Positions 37,069 to 46,643 of a stretch of 64,000 nucleotides of DNA are shown one piece after another. How positions within the stretch are numbered: position 1 is the stretch's first letter; every line of letters starts with the position of its first letter. Location: positions 35,136 through 99,135 of the forward strand of contig DITQ01000008.1 of NCBI GenBank assembly GCA_002422165.1. Direction: 5' to 3'. The notes under the pieces were generated by a model. It was not told where the DNA came from. It did not search any database and saw only the letters and a list, made by a program, of their open reading frames with translations. The stretch is from Candidatus Pacebacteria bacterium UBA6180. Lineage in GTDB: Bacteria > Patescibacteriota > Microgenomatia > UBA1400 > PJMF01. A program made the position numbers and the translations under genes.

Positions 37069-37989
37069 CTAGAGAGCCACGGCTCTCAATTTGGCGCTGC
37101 GAGCTCGAGGGTTGTGATGCAACTCTTCCTCACTAGCAGTGATTGCCTTTTTGTTAATAAGTTTGCCCAAGTTATCAGCTTCAATTTGTTTAAAAAAAGT
37201 TTTGACTAAGCGATCTTCCCCTTCATGAAAAGCGATGGCGACCAGTCTCTTGTTGGCAGCTTTGCTAGTGCGCAGAATTTGCAGCGCTTGTGGCAAGGCA
37301 GTTTCGATGTTGCCAAGCTCATCGTTGACGATGATGCGCAAAGCCTGAAATGTTTTAGTGGCGGCGTGGATTTTTTGGCCATAGTGCCGGCCTTTGGCTT
37401 GTTCGACAATTTCAACCAAAGTGCTGACCAGATCTAAACTGCTTGGATCTTTTTTGCGCTGTTCGACGATTTTGCGAGCGATGGCTCGCGCATCAGTTTC
37501 GCCACCATATTCGAACAGCATTTTGGCTAGTTGCTTTTCATCTAGCAACTTGAGCAGATCACAAGCGCGCACGCCTAGGCGATCATCCATGCGCATATCA
37601 AGGGTTTCTTCCTGCGCTTCGAAACTGAAGCCGCGCTCCTTGGACATGAGTTGTTCAGTCGAAGTGCCGAAATCGAACAAAACACCACTGATTTCTAGGT
37701 CTAAACTTTTTTTAAGGTTCTTGATGCTATCCTGCATTTTGCTGAAGTTTTCACGCAGCAAGATGAGCTGATCATTCGCAATTTCTTTTTTAAAAAGCTC
37801 TTTGGCGGTCTCAATGCTTTGCTTGTCGAAGTCAAAAGCGATCACTTTTGCGCCGCGCTTGAGTATTTCTCGACTGTGGCCGCCGCGACCAAAAGTGGCA
37901 TCGATGTAATAGCAGCCTTTTTGCGGGTCAAGGGCTTCCAGAACTTCCTTGACCAGAACTGCTTGATGACTTGTGTTAGCTTGGTTCAT
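37069..37989 (-). CDS. rsmH: 16S rRNA m4C1402 methyltransferase
   Basis: DATFGRGGHS, RGFSF, LDMRMD, FQALRI.VN.EL and NPRARSAKLR. Confidence 0.97.
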   Translation of the reverse strand: MNQANTSHQAVLVKEVLEALDPQKGCYYIDATFGRGGHSREILKRGAKVIAFDFDKQSIETAKELFKKEIANDQLILLRENFSKMQDSIKNLKKSLDLEISGVLFDFGTSTEQLMSKERGFSFEAQEETLDMRMDDRLGVRACDLLKLLDEKQLAKMLFEYGGETDARAIARKIVEQRKKDPSSLDLVSTLVEIVEQAKGRHYGQKIHAATKTFQALRIIVNDELGNIETALPQALQILRTSKAANKRLVAIAFHEGEDRLVKTFFKQIEADNLGKLINKKAITASEEELHHNPRARSAKLRAVAL

Positions 37990-37990
37990 T

Positions 37991-38416
37991 TTATTTTTCT
38001 AGACTGATGCTTTCTGCAATTTCTTCGGCTCGGCCTTCTATCTGGTCGATGTAGTTGTGGTAGCGCTCCTGATCCCAGACCTCTATATGGTTGAGGCTGC
38101 CGACTACAACAACGTTTTTGACTAAGTGGGCGAAATCAATCAAGTAATCGGGCAGATTTACTCGACCGTTGTCATCGCTGCTTAGCTCTTGGGCCTCATT
38201 GGTCATCAAGCGAAGCAAGTCGCGGTTGGCTTTTTTTGTCAAAGAGCTCTCAGCAATTTTCTCCAACTCTTTCTTAAAATTGCTTTCTTGGAGTAAAAAT
38301 AGGCAGCCGTCTAGTCCTCTCGTGACGATCCAATTCTTGCTAACAGAGCGAAATTTCGCTGGCAAAGACAGTCGCCCCTTGGCTTCCAAGTGGTGATAAT
38401 ATTTGCCGATTAGCAT
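37991..38416 (-). CDS. mraZ: Division/cell-wall cluster regulator MraZ
   Basis: KGRLSLPAKFR, GLDGCL, D..GRV.LP and IEVWD. Confidence 0.95.
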   Translation of the reverse strand: MLIGKYYHHLEAKGRLSLPAKFRSVSKNWIVTRGLDGCLFLLQESNFKKELEKIAESSLTKKANRDLLRLMTNEAQELSSDDNGRVNLPDYLIDFAHLVKNVVVVGSLNHIEVWDQERYHNYIDQIEGRAEEIAESISLEK

Positions 38417-38440
38417 TTTGTTAATTTTATGAGCCTATTT

Positions 38441-38455
38441 ACCATTTACTACCAC
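38441..38455 (-). promoter_or_regulatory. Possible MraZ-binding repeats
   Basis: Minus strand GTGGT-N5-ATGGT at 10-nt period upstream of mraZ; only two copies. Confidence 0.3.
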
Positions 38456-38589
38456 GATCAAGTTTATATAGAAAAAAATGGCTGGTCAACGCGAAGTTTG
38501 CTTCGGGTTTTTGGATATAGATTTAATTAGTAAGAGAGGGTGGCTTAGAAAACTTGACCATCTAATATATGAGGCCTATAATATAAGAT

Positions 38590-39444
38590 ATGGCGGCAAA
38601 AGAGTCTTTTCCAACATCTACACAAAAAGTTCAAAAAGATGCTCCAGGCATGTATGGCACGCATTTTACTGAGAATCTGCCGTTTAGAGATTATCATTCA
38701 GCATTTAAGTACTTTTTTCAAAGTTTGCCTAAGGATCAAGATGTTGTCCGCCTACTGGATGTTGCCTCTGGCAATGAAAATCGCGTGCTTGCAGGTATGG
38801 CTGAATTTGGTAAGCCAATTGATTTGACCGCCGCTGACATAGAAACGCCCTCATCTTTTGGAATTTTGCCTGAAAATGTATCTAGAAAATTTGAACTTGT
38901 GAATTTGAGTGAACGTTGGCCATATCCAGACAATTCTTTTGATGGCATTATTTTTTCTTGGGCGCTGCACTGGTTTGGTGTACAAGGAGCGCAAAATGCA
39001 CTAGATAATGTTGCAAGAGTACTTAAGCCTGGGCGTGATGCTATCATTTCTACTCTTACACCATACGATGGCTTAATTTCTAATCACGTTTTTGAAAGAA
39101 ATAAAATAAGTAAAAAAGAACTACATAGAATATACCCCGACGCTCAAGTGTTGGGGAAACAGCGTTTAGGTTCACCCGTATGGACTGTAAGAAATGATAA
39201 CAACATCAGATTGCAATTAAAATCTGGAAGAGGCTTCGCTGTCAAAAAGAGTCACCCACTTAGTATTATTGGTGAGAAAGAATTAATTGGTTTTACTCCT
39301 GAATATTTTAAGGCAGAGTTAAATCGTAGAGATTTAGAAGTAATTATGGAGGTAATTAAGCCAAATAAAGACTTTCCGAATGAATATTCTCCAACGTTGT
39401 CGGAAGGAAAAACTCATTTAATTTACGTGGTTAGAAAAAAATAA
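38590..39444 (+). CDS. Class I SAM-dependent methyltransferase
   Basis: LLDVASG, PYPDNSFD, ALHW and RVLKPG; AT-rich. Confidence 0.85.
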   Translation: MAAKESFPTSTQKVQKDAPGMYGTHFTENLPFRDYHSAFKYFFQSLPKDQDVVRLLDVASGNENRVLAGMAEFGKPIDLTAADIETPSSFGILPENVSRKFELVNLSERWPYPDNSFDGIIFSWALHWFGVQGAQNALDNVARVLKPGRDAIISTLTPYDGLISNHVFERNKISKKELHRIYPDAQVLGKQRLGSPVWTVRNDNNIRLQLKSGRGFAVKKSHPLSIIGEKELIGFTPEYFKAELNRRDLEVIMEVIKPNKDFPNEYSPTLSEGKTHLIYVVRKK

Positions 39445-39482
39445 AATTGTTGGGAAAATTTTAGCTGAATAAGAAATTATGT

Positions 39483-40319
39483 TTACCTAATTTTTTCTGG
39501 AGACTTGTCTGGCAAAAAGTTTTTCTTGTTCACTACACTTTCACCCAGTTCTTTTTCCGTTGCTTTCCTGGCATTACCAGCCACGGCTCCGCCGCGGCGG
39601 GCGACTTTTTTATGTGCGGGCATGGCCGAAGGCTGTTCTTTTTTAGAAATCTCAGTAGTAACTTTTTCACCGAGCATGGTGAAAATTAACTCCAAATCAG
39701 TCATGTGGTCACGGAGGTTGGCGCCGGAGCGCTCTGGAAGGTTTTTATAATCTCTGTACTCACTTGGCGTCATGCCAAAAGTCGCCTTGCTGATTTCTGA
39801 GGTGAGGATGGCATAGTCTACCTGGCGTTCGAGACCACGCTCTTTCCACTCGTCAGTCAAATTTTGGCGAATGGCAATGCCACGCAAGCGCTTGTCGATC
39901 CAGTCTGATGGATAGCCTTTTTGCTCATAGAGCTGCTTCATACGTTCTTGGGCCAGTTCTGGGTTTTCGATCTCGTCCAAACGGTCTTTGCCAACTTGTG
40001 CCAGCCACATCTTGAAGGGTTCGGCTTTGGGGGAAGGAATGGACTGGATAATGCGTAAAAGACTTTTTGTGTTGGCGCAGTCAGTGAGATATTTTTTACC
40101 ATCACTCGACTCTATTTTCAGTTGTCGACAAATTGTCGACAACTGAAAATTAGACTCATCCTTCACTCTAATTTTCATCTTAAACCAATAATCACGAGCA
40201 TTGACGCTGTCTGTCAGCACTCCCACCACGTCGACCACCGAGAAATACCACTCGCCTTCGTACCAAAGGCGGCGAATCTCCTTTTGCTTGAAGAGAATGA
40301 TAGAGGAATTTTTTGTCAT
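39483..40319 (-). CDS. Bro-N domain (phage antirepressor-like) DNA-binding protein
   Basis: IRR.W...WYFSVVDVV..LT.S...YW, DGK.Y.TD, RIIQSIPSPKAEPFK.WLA and NLRDHM. Start placed at MTKNSS. Confidence 0.85.
   Translation of the reverse strand: MTKNSSIILFKQKEIRRLWYEGEWYFSVVDVVGVLTDSVNARDYWFKMKIRVKDESNFQLSTICRQLKIESSDGKKYLTDCANTKSLLRIIQSIPSPKAEPFKMWLAQVGKDRLDEIENPELAQERMKQLYEQKGYPSDWIDKRLRGIAIRQNLTDEWKERGLERQVDYAILTSEISKATFGMTPSEYRDYKNLPERSGANLRDHMTDLELIFTMLGEKVTTEISKKEQPSAMPAHKKVARRGGAVAGNARKATEKELGESVVNKKNFLPDKSPEKIR
40114..40150. repeat. Perfect 37-bp palindrome within the Bro-N gene
   Basis: ATTTTCAGTTGTCGACAA-A-TTGTCGACAACTGAAAAT. Confidence 0.95.
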
Positions 40320-40470
40320 AAGACTACTCTTTCTAGCAGTATAACAGACCAAAATGAATAAAAGATGAGTTTTTCGGGTGATGAAATAATACTAGTTAAA
40401 TATATCTAAGCATATCAAACAACATCAAAACCAGGCTTGATACATCAATCGAAGTTTTTGGGGTGCTAAA

Positions 40471-40497
40471 TTAGCAGAGTCAGGCCTTGACTGCTAA
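40471..40497. terminator. Hairpin just downstream of the 40509-41342 gene
   Basis: TTAGC-AG-AGTCAG-GCC-TTGACT-GCTAA; short U-tract only. Confidence 0.4.
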
Positions 40498-40508
40498 AAA
40501 GGCGCAGG

Positions 40509-41342
40509 TTACTTCACCAGCAAGTAAACTTCCATGATCGGACCGCTGGCAGTAACTAGGCCGTCGGCTGTACTGGCGTCCATTTCTAGCCATTTGCTGC
40601 CGTCGTAGCCCATGATTTTGGCCGCTTCATCACTGGAGCGAAAGGAGACAGTGAAGTTGCTGCTGCTGGTCTGCAGAGAGCGCTCGGCGCTGACTACGTA
40701 AGGGTCAGAGAGTAGTTCTCCTGTCACTTCGCCAGGGTAGCCTGGGGAGTTGTAGATGACAAGATAAGAGTATTTGCTGAGCTCGGTGTTGCTGAGGCTA
40801 AATTTATTATCCTGGGAAGTGAATTTGCTTGCTTTTTCTTTGCCATTTTCGAAGTAGCGCCAAGCCGATTTAACAGCATAGGCTTCATTGCCGCCAAACT
40901 GGGCCAGGAGGTTGCCGCCTTTGATGTCCTCGTGGTAGGTGATGGCGCCGCCCGCAGACTGGGAGCCAAAAAGCTTGCGCTCGGAGACGGGCAGTTTGCT
41001 GAGACTAATCAGGCCGCCGAAGCCCTGAAGCATTGAACCAGTTTGGTACTCCATCTCGTATTCAAGCTCGCTGGCTGGTTTTTTGACTTCCTTGACTACG
41101 ATGGTGATGTAGCGACCGTCAGCGCTTGGCTCGAGCGCCATGTAAGGCCGCTCGCTAACAGGGATGACGTTGACTGGACTCTGGATTTTTTTCTTGACGA
41201 CAGCGGGTGGCTCGGCCTCGGCTGGCTTGTTTTTATAGACCGCAAAAACAACCCCGCCAACTGCTACGACCAAAACGGCCAGGCCGATAGCCAATTTTTT
41301 CTTATTTGTTGCAGTCAAGTTTTTGAAGCTGAATTTGGACAT
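40509..41342 (-). CDS. Hypothetical membrane-anchored extracellular protein
   Basis: N-terminal basic stretch plus TM, beta-rich remainder; no family recognised. Confidence 0.8.
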   Translation of the reverse strand: MSKFSFKNLTATNKKKLAIGLAVLVVAVGGVVFAVYKNKPAEAEPPAVVKKKIQSPVNVIPVSERPYMALEPSADGRYITIVVKEVKKPASELEYEMEYQTGSMLQGFGGLISLSKLPVSERKLFGSQSAGGAITYHEDIKGGNLLAQFGGNEAYAVKSAWRYFENGKEKASKFTSQDNKFSLSNTELSKYSYLVIYNSPGYPGEVTGELLSDPYVVSAERSLQTSSSNFTVSFRSSDEAAKIMGYDGSKWLEMDASTADGLVTASGPIMEVYLLVK

Positions 41343-41348
41343 AGAGTT

Positions 41349-42752
41349 TTAGGCTAACACATTTCGTAAGTGAGAATCAAGTTCTCTAATAGCGATGGTT
41401 TCTTGAGTAGCGCCGTTGCGTTCACGAATGGTGATAGTGTCCTTTTCCAAACTGTCAAAATCTACTGTCAAGCAATAGGGCGTGCCGATTTCATCCTGGG
41501 AGAGATAGCGTTTGCCGATGTTGCCGCGCTCGTCCCAGGCAACGCGGTAGCTTTGACGCAAGTGCTCATAGAGAACTCTAGCCTTGTCTATCAGTTCTGG
41601 TTTGTTTTTGAGCAAGGGAAAAACTGCCAGCTGGTAGGGACTCAGTTTTTGGTCAAGCTGTAGTACCAGACGATTTTTGTCCTCATCTTGGTGGTAAGCG
41701 TCGCAGAGAATCATCAGGAAAAGGCGGTTAATGCCCACCGCTGGCTCGATGACGTGAGGGACGAATTTCTTTCCAGTTGCTGGATCAGTATATTCGAGGC
41801 TCTTGCCCGAGAACTCCATGTGCTGCTTGAGGTCGTAATCAGTGCGGTAAGCGATGCCCCAAACTTCTTTCCAGCCAAACGGATAGAGGTACTCTAGGTC
41901 GTAGGTGTCCTTGCTGTAGAAGCTGCGCTCGCTGTCTTCGTGGCGGCGCCAGCGCAGGCGGCTCTCGTCAACGCCTAGAACTTGAGTGACGAAGTGCCAC
42001 ATTTGGTCTTGCCAATCTTTGAATAGTCTCTGCCAATCAGTGTTTTCTGGATCGAAGAAGTATTCGATCTCAGCTTGCTCGAACTCAAGGGTTCGAAAGA
42101 CAAATTGACCGGTGGTAATTTCGTTGCGGAAGCTTTTGCCGATCTGGCCGAGACCAAAAGGTAATTTGACCCGTGTGCTGTCTAAAACCTGCTTGAAGTT
42201 GGAGAAAATGCCCTGAGCAGTTTCGCCTCTCAAGTAGGCTTTTTGACTGGCGCTGTCGACTACGCCAATGGAGGTTTCAAAGAGTAAATTGAAATTGCGA
42301 GCTTCACTAAGCTCGTTGCCATCTGGAGATTTAATATTGTTTTGTTTGCAGAAGTCGTTTATTTCTGCCAGTGACATGGCTTCGACGTTGAGTTTGCTCT
42401 CTGGATGGTTTTTGCTAGTCCAAGCTTCGATCAGGTGATCAGCTCGATAGCGCTTGCGGGTGACTTTGTCCTCCATCATCGGATCAGCAAAAGAGCCGAC
42501 GTGGCCAGAAGCTTCCCAAGTGCGTGGGTGTAGGATAATCTGACTATCGAGACCAAGCATGTCGTCGCGGCGGCTGATGAAAAAGTCCCACCACAAGTTT
42601 TTGATCTTGCGCAGCACTTCTACCCCAGCTGGACCGTATTCATAAGAATTCGCCAGGCCACCATAAATTTCTGAGGTCTGGTAGACGAAGCCGCGGCGTT
42701 TAGCGAGGGCGACAATTTCTTCTAGGGTGGGAGCTGATTGTAAATTTGACAT
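41349..42752 (-). CDS. glyQS: Glycyl-tRNA synthetase (alpha2 type)
   Basis: KRRGF, YLRGETAQG, FRNEIT, EFEQAE, PHVIEP and anticodon domain IGKRY..QDEIG.P. Confidence 0.97.
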   Translation of the reverse strand: MSNLQSAPTLEEIVALAKRRGFVYQTSEIYGGLANSYEYGPAGVEVLRKIKNLWWDFFISRRDDMLGLDSQIILHPRTWEASGHVGSFADPMMEDKVTRKRYRADHLIEAWTSKNHPESKLNVEAMSLAEINDFCKQNNIKSPDGNELSEARNFNLLFETSIGVVDSASQKAYLRGETAQGIFSNFKQVLDSTRVKLPFGLGQIGKSFRNEITTGQFVFRTLEFEQAEIEYFFDPENTDWQRLFKDWQDQMWHFVTQVLGVDESRLRWRRHEDSERSFYSKDTYDLEYLYPFGWKEVWGIAYRTDYDLKQHMEFSGKSLEYTDPATGKKFVPHVIEPAVGINRLFLMILCDAYHQDEDKNRLVLQLDQKLSPYQLAVFPLLKNKPELIDKARVLYEHLRQSYRVAWDERGNIGKRYLSQDEIGTPYCLTVDFDSLEKDTITIRERNGATQETIAIRELDSHLRNVLA

Positions 42753-42815
42753 ATTTATAGGATGATTAATGATTATACCTTAAGAGAATAAATCTTTGTA
42801 ATATAAAAGAAAGCG

Positions 42816-43451
42816 ATGCCTGAAGAACGCGGAATTGCCCTGCTCAATACGACGATTGATGATGGTGAGGGCTCGCCACTGCCCAATCGCTATTTTGAAG
42901 CGATGCAGCAAGCCTTGGAGAACATGGGCGTGTAAGTACACCCTTTTTCTTACAAAGATTTAGCTGATCCACGAACTAGAGATAGGATTTTAACTCAATT
43001 TGCTGGGCTGGTGGTTTCTGGTAATGATGGTTATGGCCCAAGTTTTTTGGAAGAGCCTGAGTTTGAGCGGCGGATGGCTTTTATTGTTGATTTTCCAGTC
43101 GATAAAATCATGCTAGGCGTTTGTCGTTGGGCGCAAGCACAGGCACTACAGCAAGGGGCAAAATTTGATAATCTGGAAATTCCAGAACGCAGCCCCACTT
43201 CGACTGTAGTGGTTGACGGAGATGACGAATTGATGCGAGGCATGCCTGCCAGATTTCTCATTCACGCTGATCACAGGCAGCGCCTCGATTCAGCTTCTTT
43301 GCCATTGAACTATAAAGTTATTGCTAGCTCGCCAAATTGTAGGGTGAGTGTCGTACGGATAGTAGGTACTAAACATTGGTTGAGTCAAAACCACCTTGAA
43401 TTTGGGAAATATACCGCCAAACAGATGCTTAGAAATTTATTGGATGTGTAA
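42816..43451 (+). pseudogene. Class I glutamine amidotransferase-like gene with in-frame TAA at 42933-42935
   Basis: ATG 42816 is in frame with ORF 43011-43451; motifs GLVVSG, LGVC and QNHLE; one stop at codon 40. Confidence 0.7.
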
Positions 43452-43454
43452 AAT

Positions 43455-43991
43455 TTACACTTTCAGAAACTCAAAACTTTTCATCTTCTTCTCCGTAATT
43501 TCTGCTACATAATCCAGAATGTTTAGATGATTGGTGTCGCGTGGGTCTTGGTAGCCGAGGTTTTGCATGAGGCTGCTAAGCAAGGTTTTTATTTTTCCAT
43601 TGCGCTTGGTGGGACTAAGTAGTTCTTGATGGATGGCAAAAGCCAAGTTGCTCGTTTCTTCTTCAATATAGTCCTCGACCAGCAAGCGGTCAAAAATTTC
43701 CAAAATTTGAGAGAGCTGGGAAATGCTAGTCAGGGAATGGCGGACAGAAGTGCTGTCCTGCAGCAACTTACTTTGACTTAAGATTGGTAAACCTTTAGTT
43801 TTGACGAGTAAAACTTCTGCTAAATTGCCTGGTTCAAGATTGGCACGGTTGCTAGATTTAAGCTTACGAATGCCTTTGGCAACACAGACTAATTTGCCTT
43901 GGTCTTTACTAAGTAGAGTGATGACGCGATCAGTCTCCCCGACATTGACTCGTTTGAGGATGATGGCAACTGTTTTGAAAGAGTGAATCAT
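43455..43991 (-). CDS. recO: DNA repair protein RecO (short form)
   Basis: AIIL....GETDR.ITLLS...GK...AKG.RK..S N-terminal OB fold. Confidence 0.9.
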   Translation of the reverse strand: MIHSFKTVAIILKRVNVGETDRVITLLSKDQGKLVCVAKGIRKLKSSNRANLEPGNLAEVLLVKTKGLPILSQSKLLQDSTSVRHSLTSISQLSQILEIFDRLLVEDYIEEETSNLAFAIHQELLSPTKRNGKIKTLLSSLMQNLGYQDPRDTNHLNILDYVAEITEKKMKSFEFLKV

Positions 43992-44007
43992 ATCAGACTT
44001 CTTCTTT

Positions 44008-45984
44008 CTAGAAGATGGTGCTGTAGCTCAGATCTTTGTTCAGTAAAAGTTCTTCTTCGCCTCCAGTGACGTCGATAAGAATCGGCACGGCATCGATACC
44101 ACCCTGTTTCCACATTCGCAGGTTGTAGTTGACCGTGTCAGTGTAGGGCACGTTGTAGCGCAAGATGATTTTGGCTAAGCCCAAGGGTTCGAGGTTGAAA
44201 TAGCCGTCGATGACTGTCAGTCCCCCTTCATCGTAGACGTTAGCTTCATTGCTGATTCCTTGGATCTCTATAAGTTCAGAGTCAAGTGGTAGATAAACAC
44301 GCATCCAGTCATTGAGGGTGGAGTTAAGACAGAGTTGTCCGGCCTCCAAGTTGCAGTTGTCAGCTTGACGGCTGTTTTTGTAGGTGATTTCGACAGTTTT
44401 CTCGAGCCTTCCTTCGATTGGGGCGCTCACTATCTGCTTGACTTCGTAATTGGTGAAGAGGTTAGACTTGGCGCCTCCCAAGTTGGCATCGACGATGGCT
44501 AAGAAATCCATATTTTCACCCATTTGCCAGTTTTTTAAATCGTTTTTGAGCTCATAGAGTCGGCCGGCGGCGTTGATTTGCTCGGCAGCTTGCTGGCTAG
44601 TTTCATCCATGAAGTACATCTGTAAGTGTCGACCTTCGATACTATCGATAGCAACGGTGAAGAGTTCGGGAAAGCGAGCTTTGTCCAAATCGTAGGTTTT
44701 GGCTAGGATAGATTTCATTAATGGCCCGAGGACGCCTTTGCGATCATCACGCAGGTAAGGGGTGGGACGAGTGATAATTTCTGACAAGGCGTAAACTACC
44801 TGCGGACAGTCACAACGAGGATGATTTTCGGCGGAGAAAACGCCGTAGCCAGGTACTTCAATCGGGCCAATAACACGCAGTAGTTCGCTTAAAACAAAGG
44901 TGTCGACAGCGATGATCCCGTCGAGGTCCTGAGGTTCGCCACGGACAGTTTGGTAGTTGGCGTAGAATTCTTCCATAGAAGTTTTGAAGTCTGGTGAAAT
45001 ATTCATATCGCGCAAATGATAATACTTCTCGGTAGTTAGGTAGCGACCAAGTTCTGGCGGAATAGCTACTCGCTTGGTGAATTTTTGGTCTAACTCATAA
45101 ATGTCATCAGATTTTTCAGAATTGACGACCCCCTTGTCAATAGTGATGATAGCGTAGGCGGTCAAAAAGCCACCTGTGGGGCGTAGTTCATTGTCGTTTT
45201 GGAAGAGGACGAGGTATTTTTGAGCCTCATCTGCTCCAGCCATTTTGGCTAGCGAAGCCAGGACTGGTTTGTAGTCAGAAAAAGTCTGACTGTAGGTGGC
45301 AGCCAATTCTTGAGCGGTTTTGATTTGAGCGCGAACTTCTCGTTTGGCTAATTTCTCTGGGTAACGATTAGCATCAATGCTGTTTAAAATCTCAACGATA
45401 CTTTGAATTTCTTGATCGATAGCGTCGATAGTAGGCTGAATTTCTCCCAGAGTTTCCAAAATCAAGACAATGCGATCCTGGGTAGTGCCGCCCTCGAAGG
45501 TGCCTTCGCCTTGGAATCCAAGTAGGTCAGTGTAGGGTAAGAGAGCAGCAATGCCCTGGTCAGCAATGCTAAAACCATGGTCGGCGATGGCAAATAGTTT
45601 TTGACCATCGGTGTAATAGTTTTTAATAATGGGGATTTTGCCATAAAAAGCCAATTTTTGATAATTATTTTCGATTTTTACTTTTGCTTCTTCAATTTGG
45701 GAAATTTTTTCTGGCAGAGCCATTAAATTTTGGCTAGCCAAGAGTTGTTTGGCTTCGAAAACAGTTGGAGCGATAGCGTTGGCTTCTTGCTTGATTGCTC
45801 TGATAACGAGGTAAGTGTAACTGAGTAAGCTGCTTAGTAAAATTAAGATAATCAAGCTCGTGGCCACAGCAATTTTTTGTTTGAGGCTAAGTTTGAAGCC
45901 TTTTTTCATGGGTGCTGAATCTTTGATTTCTATCTCTTCGGTAGGAGGTACAACTTGAGGAGAATTAGCAGAGTTTAAGTCCAT
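44008..45984 (-). CDS. DUF4012-domain membrane-anchored protein
   Basis: YLVLFQNDNELRPTGGF, RDMN.SPDF, DGIIAVD and N.GG.KSN. Confidence 0.8.
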   Translation of the reverse strand: MDLNSANSPQVVPPTEEIEIKDSAPMKKGFKLSLKQKIAVATSLIILILLSSLLSYTYLVIRAIKQEANAIAPTVFEAKQLLASQNLMALPEKISQIEEAKVKIENNYQKLAFYGKIPIIKNYYTDGQKLFAIADHGFSIADQGIAALLPYTDLLGFQGEGTFEGGTTQDRIVLILETLGEIQPTIDAIDQEIQSIVEILNSIDANRYPEKLAKREVRAQIKTAQELAATYSQTFSDYKPVLASLAKMAGADEAQKYLVLFQNDNELRPTGGFLTAYAIITIDKGVVNSEKSDDIYELDQKFTKRVAIPPELGRYLTTEKYYHLRDMNISPDFKTSMEEFYANYQTVRGEPQDLDGIIAVDTFVLSELLRVIGPIEVPGYGVFSAENHPRCDCPQVVYALSEIITRPTPYLRDDRKGVLGPLMKSILAKTYDLDKARFPELFTVAIDSIEGRHLQMYFMDETSQQAAEQINAAGRLYELKNDLKNWQMGENMDFLAIVDANLGGAKSNLFTNYEVKQIVSAPIEGRLEKTVEITYKNSRQADNCNLEAGQLCLNSTLNDWMRVYLPLDSELIEIQGISNEANVYDEGGLTVIDGYFNLEPLGLAKIILRYNVPYTDTVNYNLRMWKQGGIDAVPILIDVTGGEEELLLNKDLSYSTIF

Positions 45985-46016
45985 AGAAGCTTAGTATAGC
46001 AGAACTCACTATAAGT

Positions 46017-46643
46017 CTACCACTTGGAAAGCATGGCTGCTGGAGTGCGCCAGAGTATAAGTAAATCTTCGCGGATGTCCTTCTTTTTAGCGTAGGCAGC
46101 GTCCATTTCCGCTCGTTTGGCAAAAGGAATTTCGTTGCGACCACTAGTTTGCCAAGGACCAGTGATGCCTGGTTTGACTGACAAGATGTGGGGAATGTAT
46201 TTTTTGGTTTCTGGATATTTTTTGCTTTGTTCCTCTAATTCTTTGCGCACGTAAGCGCGAGGACCGATCATGCTCATCTGACCTTTGAGAACATTGAAGA
46301 GCTGAGGGAATTCATCGATGGTGAAAGAACGCAGGAAGCGTCCTAGCGGCGTAATTCGTGGGTCGTCTTTGGCGGCAATTTTCCAATCTCCACGCTTGAA
46401 TTTACGCAGCAAGCGGTGATTGCCGTTGTGTAGGAGTTCATCAGCGTTGAGAACCATCGAGCGAAACTTGTAAAGTTCAAAGTCCTTACCGTTTTTACCT
46501 ACTCGCTTGTGGACGAAGATTACTGGCCAACCAGAATCCAAGAAAATTAGGAGTGGAATAATCAGCCAAAAAGGCAAAAAGGCAATGATTAGACTAGTAG
46601 CTACCACCAGATCTAGAATTCTTTTTTGTTGCTCGTAAGTCAT
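46017..46643 (-). CDS. Priming undecaprenyl-phosphate sugar-phosphate transferase
   Basis: KR..DL, KFRSM, DPRIT..G.FLR...DE.PQL.NVL.G.MS..GPR and KPGITG.WQ. Confidence 0.93.
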   Translation of the reverse strand: MTYEQQKRILDLVVATSLIIAFLPFWLIIPLLIFLDSGWPVIFVHKRVGKNGKDFELYKFRSMVLNADELLHNGNHRLLRKFKRGDWKIAAKDDPRITPLGRFLRSFTIDEFPQLFNVLKGQMSMIGPRAYVRKELEEQSKKYPETKKYIPHILSVKPGITGPWQTSGRNEIPFAKRAEMDAAYAKKKDIREDLLILWRTPAAMLSKW

